Positions 59,361 to 64,000 of a stretch of DNA of 64,000 bases are shown here, piece by piece (position 1 is the stretch's first letter; every line of letters starts with the position of its first letter). Under the pieces are notes generated by a model. It searched no databases, was not told the origin of the DNA, and worked only from the letters and a program-made list of their open reading frames with translations. Made by a program: the position numbers and the translations under genes. The DNA is from an uncultured Gammaproteobacteria bacterium (GTDB taxonomy: Bacteria > Patescibacteriota > Patescibacteriia > S139-126), in contig CAZBLW010000001.1 in NCBI GenBank assembly GCA_964493305.1, positions 473,513 through 537,512 on the forward strand, read 5' to 3'.

Positions 59361-60395
59361 CTACCATCTTACTAAAAATCTAAAAATTACAAAATAAACT
59401 TTAGCTAAAGGGTTGAATAAATAATCAATAAACGGACTGGATAGACCTTCAAAATCTAATTTAGAGGTCATTAATTTAATTAACTGTCGATCAGACAATA
59501 TTCGAAAACGACGATACTTAAAACGATTGAAAAAAATATGTGGTACTAACCGTAAAAATCCCCACCAGGAAAGAAACTTATACTTAGTCCACCCAGTAAA
59601 AAAAGCATATACCAACATGGCTATCTCGGTAAAAATTATAAAAGGTAACAATAAAACTAAACTCAAGAAACGATAATAAGTAAAAATAACAACTAAACGG
59701 TTTCGTTCTGCATAATAAAACTTTTTGGTACCAAATGAAAAAGTATATTTATGAAATGCTTTAGAATTCGGAGCAAGATAAATCTCATAACCCGCCAATC
59801 TAGCTCGCCAACTTAAATCCACATCTTCATGATACATAAACAATTTTTCATCAAACTCGCCTATTTTTTCTATGACCTCCAATTTAATCAACAAGCTACT
59901 ACCTGAGGCAATGACTATTGGCTGGGAATTTAAAAACTGACTGCTTAAACTTTTAAAACCTCCTGACCAAGAAAAACCTGCAAAATGCAGGGGGTTACCA
60001 GCGGTATTAATGCGATATTTTTCCTGAAAAAAAAGTACCTTTGATTGTACAATACCTATCTGCGGCTGGCTGTCAGCCAATTTAACCAGCTCTGCCAACC
60101 AATCAATATCCACTTCCATATCAGGATTTAGTAAAACAAAACGATTGTATCCTTGTTGTTTAGCCCAAGTTATCCCAACATTATTGCCACCAGCATAACC
60201 ATTATTTTTATTTTTAATAACAGTAATTTGTGAAAAATTTTTTTTGACAAAATCAACTGTATCATCGGCCGAATTATTATCAACCAAAATGACTTGAAAA
60301 TGATCTTGATAACTTTGTTGCAAAACTGACTGTAAACAATCGTTTATTTGTTGACGATTGTTGTAAGTGACTATAATAACCGCTACTTGGGACAT
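59361..60395 (-). CDS. GT2 glycosyltransferase (rhamnosyltransferase-like)
   Basis: IIVTYN, VDNNSAD, GYAGGNN, LNPD, FMYHEDVDL; start likely MSQV at 60395. Confidence 0.92.
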   Translation of the reverse strand: MSQVAVIIVTYNNRQQINDCLQSVLQQSYQDHFQVILVDNNSADDTVDFVKKNFSQITVIKNKNNGYAGGNNVGITWAKQQGYNRFVLLNPDMEVDIDWLAELVKLADSQPQIGIVQSKVLFFQEKYRINTAGNPLHFAGFSWSGGFKSLSSQFLNSQPIVIASGSSLLIKLEVIEKIGEFDEKLFMYHEDVDLSWRARLAGYEIYLAPNSKAFHKYTFSFGTKKFYYAERNRLVVIFTYYRFLSLVLLLPFIIFTEIAMLVYAFFTGWTKYKFLSWWGFLRLVPHIFFNRFKYRRFRILSDRQLIKLMTSKLDFEGLSSPFIDYLFNPLAKVYFVIFRFLVRW

Positions 60396-60396
60396 G

Positions 60397-60750
60397 TTAT
60401 TTTTTTTCTTTATCTTGATCTTGTTTGTTTTGAATAGCCAGGTGTCGGATAATCTTGGTAAGATTTTGTTCCAAGTTATCAATTTTAACTACTAAGCGAA
60501 ATAAAATATAAAAAAGTAATGGGATGGAAATATAAACAACCAAATCAACTCCCCGACCAGAAGCTAAACCTAACTTACCAGCGACTAAATCGGTTGTTTT
60601 TGGCCATAATATCGCCAATCCAGCTAATAGCCAAAACAAACTCCAGACCAACCATTCAACACGACTAATATCATGTTGACGCCAACGTAACCAGATTCGG
60701 TAAATAGCAAATAAAACCAACAACAATAATAAATATTGTATTATATTCAT
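60397..60750 (-). CDS. DUF2304 membrane protein (GacJ/Rv3632-like)
   Basis: 3 TM, WSLFW, LGL..GRGVDLVVY, C-terminal coiled LTKIIRHLAI. Confidence 0.88.
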   Translation of the reverse strand: MNIIQYLLLLLVLFAIYRIWLRWRQHDISRVEWLVWSLFWLLAGLAILWPKTTDLVAGKLGLASGRGVDLVVYISIPLLFYILFRLVVKIDNLEQNLTKIIRHLAIQNKQDQDKEKK

Positions 60751-60751
60751 A

Positions 60752-61417
60752 TTAACGTATTAATTTTCCCAATAATAAATCGCGAATAATTTTAAATCCG
60801 CCACTAATATTTTGTCCATATTCATAATATCTAATTGTCACTGGAATTTCTTGAAATTTAAAATTAAATTTTTTTATTTTTTCAACTATTTCTGTATTAT
60901 GAGCCATCCGATCTTGAGTAATGGTTATCTGTCTAGCAGCTCGCCTGGATAGCGCCCGGAAACCATTGTGAGCATCAGTTAACCAAAGTCTGGTAAACCA
61001 ATAATTAATAATTTTGGCTAGAGGGTGAATCAAATATTTTTTTGTCCAGGGCATATCTTTTTGCCAACTTAAAAATCTTGTTCCTAAAGTAACATCAACC
61101 TGCCCCTGAACAATTGGCTGGATCATAGCTTGAATATCGCTAGCTTGCATCTGACCGTCAGCATCAAAATGGACAACAATATCAGCCGCATCGGCTAAAG
61201 CAAAGCTATTTCCAGTTTGTAAAGCTGCGCCCATTCCCCGGTTGATTATATGTTTCAACACTACGACATTATTAACTTGAGCCTGGGTAGCAGTGTCGTC
61301 TATTGAACCATCGTCAACCACTACAATATGATGATAGTTGTGGTTATGTAAATCAGTAATAACTTTTTTTATATGATCGGCTTCGTTATAGGCAGGAATT
61401 ACAATATAAATTTTCAT
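60752..61417 (-). CDS. GT2 polyprenyl-phosphate sugar synthase (DPM/GacI/PpgS-like)
   Basis: IPAYNE, VDDGS, NRGMGAAL, FDADGQ, TDAHNGFRA. Confidence 0.92.
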   Translation of the reverse strand: MKIYIVIPAYNEADHIKKVITDLHNHNYHHIVVVDDGSIDDTATQAQVNNVVVLKHIINRGMGAALQTGNSFALADAADIVVHFDADGQMQASDIQAMIQPIVQGQVDVTLGTRFLSWQKDMPWTKKYLIHPLAKIINYWFTRLWLTDAHNGFRALSRRAARQITITQDRMAHNTEIVEKIKKFNFKFQEIPVTIRYYEYGQNISGGFKIIRDLLLGKLIR

Positions 61418-62337
61418 AAATTATTTTTAAACCAGTCGTATGTTTCAGTCAAACCTTCAACTAAACTATATTTAGGTTGCCAATCTAAATCTTGGGTGGC
61501 TAGTTGATAAGCTAAAGAATTACGTCTGACTTCACCTGGTAAATAGGGTTTTATTTCTGGCTCGATAGCTGTCTGACAAATTTGCTGTTGTAATTTAAGG
61601 AGCTCAGCTATACTGGTAGCTCTACTAGTACCAATATTATAAACTCCATCATGCTTCGCAGTTGCTGCCAAGATTAAAGCTCGCACCACATCTTTTACAT
61701 AGACAAAATCTCTTGTTTGCTCACCGCCGCCATTGAGCTGTGGTCGCTGCTGATTAATTAATTTATTAAAAAAAATAGCTACTACACCAGCTTCTCCTTT
61801 GGGATCTTGTCTAGGACCATACACATTGGCTAAACGTAAACTTATATAAGATAAATTTTTTAAATTTTTAAAAGCTTCTAAATACAAATCGATTGTATAT
61901 TTGGCCAAACCATAAGGTGATAATGGTTTTGCTCTAGCTTGTTCTGATAGTGGCAAAATATCGTTTTCATCATAAATTGCCCCGCCACTGGAAACAAAAA
62001 TAAATTTTTTTATCTTATGCTCAGTGGATAATTTTATCAAATTAAGCGAACCTAAAATATTTACTTTGGCATCTTGATCGGGATATTGTACAGAATAGCG
62101 TACATCTTTTTGAGCAGCTAAATGAAAAATAATTTCTGGGGCAAATTGTAAAAATATTTCCTCCACCTGGGCAGTCTGACAAATATCAACTTGATAAAAT
62201 TCAACTTCACTAGGTACCAATTCTTTATGTCCAGTAGACAAATCATCAATCACCGCCAACTGATGACCCTCTTTTACTAAAGCATCAACTAAATGAGAAC
62301 CTATAAAACCAGCGCCTCCAGTTACTAAAATCTTCAT
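61414..62337 (-). CDS. UDP-glucose/GlcNAc 4-epimerase family SDR
   Basis: GGAGFIGS, HLAAQ.DVR.S, SSGGAIY, YGLAK, NVYGPRQDP.GEAGVV. Confidence 0.92.
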   Translation of the reverse strand: MKILVTGGAGFIGSHLVDALVKEGHQLAVIDDLSTGHKELVPSEVEFYQVDICQTAQVEEIFLQFAPEIIFHLAAQKDVRYSVQYPDQDAKVNILGSLNLIKLSTEHKIKKFIFVSSGGAIYDENDILPLSEQARAKPLSPYGLAKYTIDLYLEAFKNLKNLSYISLRLANVYGPRQDPKGEAGVVAIFFNKLINQQRPQLNGGGEQTRDFVYVKDVVRALILAATAKHDGVYNIGTSRATSIAELLKLQQQICQTAIEPEIKPYLPGEVRRNSLAYQLATQDLDWQPKYSLVEGLTETYDWFKNNL

Positions 62338-62340
62338 AGT

Positions 62341-63498
62341 TTAAGAAAAATATTTCCTGATCTTATTGACTAGCGATAATTTTTCCCAAGTAAAAGTACT
62401 TTCATTTCTACCAAAATGTCCATAAGCAGCCGTTGCTTTATAGATAGGTCGTAATAACTGCAAATGCTCAATTATCCCAACCGGTGTCAAAGGAAAAATA
62501 GCTCGCACCATTTTTTCTAATCTATCTTCAGAAACTTTACCAGTACCTTCTGTATTTATCATGATGGAAATTGGCGCTGCTTTACCAATCACATAAGATA
62601 GCTGTACCAAACATTTATCGGCTAATTTAGCCGCTACAATATTTTTAGCAATATATCTGGCCATATAAGCGGCGCTACGATCAACTTTTGATGGATCTTT
62701 ACCGGAAAATGCTCCTCCGCCATGTGGTGCATAACCACCATAGGTATCAACAATAATCTTTCTACCAGTCAAACCGGCATCAGCTGGTGGACCACCTTTA
62801 ACAAATTTACCAGTAGCATTTATAAAAAATCTAGTGTGGTTATCTAAATATTTTTTGGCTACAGGCGTAATCACCTTTTTCATTATATCTTGTTCAATTT
62901 TTTTGTTATTAATATGTGGTAAATGTTGAGCAGCTACTACCACTGTATCAACTCTAATTGGCTTATCGTGTTTATATTCAACTGCGACCTCGATTTTGCC
63001 ATCAGGTCCCAAATAAGGTAAAGTGTTGTTTTTTCTTACCAATGCCAACTGTTTAGCCATACGATGAGCTAACATGATTGGTAGTGGCATTAATTCGGGT
63101 GTTTCGCGACAAGCATAACCAAACATTAATCCCTGGTCACCAGCTCCCTGTTCTTTGTATTTACCTTTATTTTTATCTACGCCTTGGGATATATCGGGTG
63201 ACTGCTCATCAATAACTACCATCACGCCACAATCATCACCATGAAAACCAACCGAGTGATTATCATAACCGATTTCTTTGATAGTTTTTCTAGCAATAGC
63301 CGCAATATCAACATAACCTTTAGTTTTTATCTCACCAGCCACCACCACTAGTCCGGTTGTTGCTAAACATTCTATGCCAGCTCTAGTGTTTTTATCCTGT
63401 TTTAATAATTCATCAAGTATGGCATCGGATATCTGGTCACAAACTTTATCTGGGTGACCTTCAGTTACTGATTCAGAAGTAAAAATTGATCTTTCCAT
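62341..63498 (-). CDS. metK: S-adenosylmethionine synthetase
   Basis: [34 protein letters not shown]. Confidence 0.98.
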   Translation of the reverse strand: MERSIFTSESVTEGHPDKVCDQISDAILDELLKQDKNTRAGIECLATTGLVVVAGEIKTKGYVDIAAIARKTIKEIGYDNHSVGFHGDDCGVMVVIDEQSPDISQGVDKNKGKYKEQGAGDQGLMFGYACRETPELMPLPIMLAHRMAKQLALVRKNNTLPYLGPDGKIEVAVEYKHDKPIRVDTVVVAAQHLPHINNKKIEQDIMKKVITPVAKKYLDNHTRFFINATGKFVKGGPPADAGLTGRKIIVDTYGGYAPHGGGAFSGKDPSKVDRSAAYMARYIAKNIVAAKLADKCLVQLSYVIGKAAPISIMINTEGTGKVSEDRLEKMVRAIFPLTPVGIIEHLQLLRPIYKATAAYGHFGRNESTFTWEKLSLVNKIRKYFS

Positions 63499-63512
63499 AA
63501 AAATTTTATTAA

Positions 63513-64000
63513 TTACATACCCAATAAACCTTGTTGGGCTTTCATGTATTCAATTGTTTTTGCTAAACCGGATTTTAAATCAACCAAAGGAAACCAACCC
63601 AAAGTCTCTTTGGCTTTGGTTATATCCGGCAGTCCGTGTTGCAAAATATATTGCGGTGCTTCACGATAAACAATTTTTGATTTTGATTCGGTCAATTCTT
63701 GAATGATTTTTGCTGCTTCTTCCACCATAATTTCCTTGGGGTGACCCATATTTAAAATTAAACTGCCTTCAGCTTCCATGGCTTTCAATAAACCATCAAT
63801 CAAATCTGAAATATACAAAAAAGATGTAGCAATACCTTCCTCGCCGTAAATGACTAAATCTTCTGACAATAAAGCAGAACGAATTATATCTGGGATCATA
63901 CGGGCATCATTAAATCGCATCCGAGGACCGTAAGTTTGGAAAATACGTATAATTTTTATATCCAAGTTGTGATAAATACCATAATTGTGAGTAAGACTTT
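63513..64000 (-). CDS. UDP-glucuronate decarboxylase-like SDR (C-terminal part; 5' end beyond window)
   Basis: [24 protein letters not shown]; reading frame stays open to the window edge. Confidence 0.8.
   Translation of the reverse strand, partial: SLTHNYGIYHNLDIKIIRIFQTYGPRMRFNDARMIPDIIRSALLSEDLVIYGEEGIATSFLYISDLIDGLLKAMEAEGSLILNMGHPKEIMVEEAAKIIQELTESKSKIVYREAPQYILQHGLPDITKAKETLGWFPLVDLKSGLAKTIEYMKAQQGLLGM

Noticed and set aside
60396-60482. Extended start of the GT2 ORF overlapping DUF2304
   Set aside because: The GT2 fold begins at MSQVAVIIVTYN (60395)
63499-63512. SAM riboswitch upstream of metK
   Set aside because: Only 14 nt of AT-only intergenic sequence; no room
1-64000. Alternative genetic code (UGA=Gly, Gracilibacteria/SR1)
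   Set aside because: TGA ends gltX, serS, secA, ftsW and others at expected positions, and long ORFs are intact under code 11
1-64000. tRNA, rRNA, CRISPR array, IS element, prophage, DGR or retron
   Set aside because: Intergenic gaps are all about 110 nt or less; no cloverleaf, spaced direct repeats, transposase, integrase or reverse transcriptase seen by eye

Overview
AT-rich, very gene-dense chromosomal segment with overlapping stop/start codons, no obvious Shine-Dalgarno motifs and TGA used as stop (code 11). Gene content and style suggest a Patescibacteria/CPR (Parcubacteria-like) genome; this is inference, not a search result. Contents: fmt-def-priA-AMMECR1/Memo block; thpR-tagA-gltX-M23; ftsQ-serS-rdgB-lysS-greA-secDF-ldt-secA-hpf; a partial dcw cluster (mraY, murD, ftsW, murG, murC, eroded murB); a secretin-less type IV pilus operon (pilB, pilC, three minor pilins, pilMNO); rpmA, pyrG, rplI, ctpA, murA; and an ~18 kb surface-glycan region (rmlABCD, flippase, GT2/GT4, DUF2304, putative GT-C, epimerases) with metK and ahcY embedded. 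I found no rRNA, tRNA, CRISPR or transposase. Most notable: LysRS fused to an HD phosphohydrolase (possible Ap4A make-and-break enzyme), a 941-aa minor pilin with LamG and 7-repeat beta-propeller domains inserted into its scaffold, SecD with a circularly permuted parvulin, a GacIJKL-like glycosylation module, a palindromic dif-like site at an apparent GC-skew switch with extra half-sites around ftsQ, several pseudo-enzymes (PriA, MurB, Nudix, AMMECR1) and recurrent leaderless promoters. All product calls come from motif recognition by eye.
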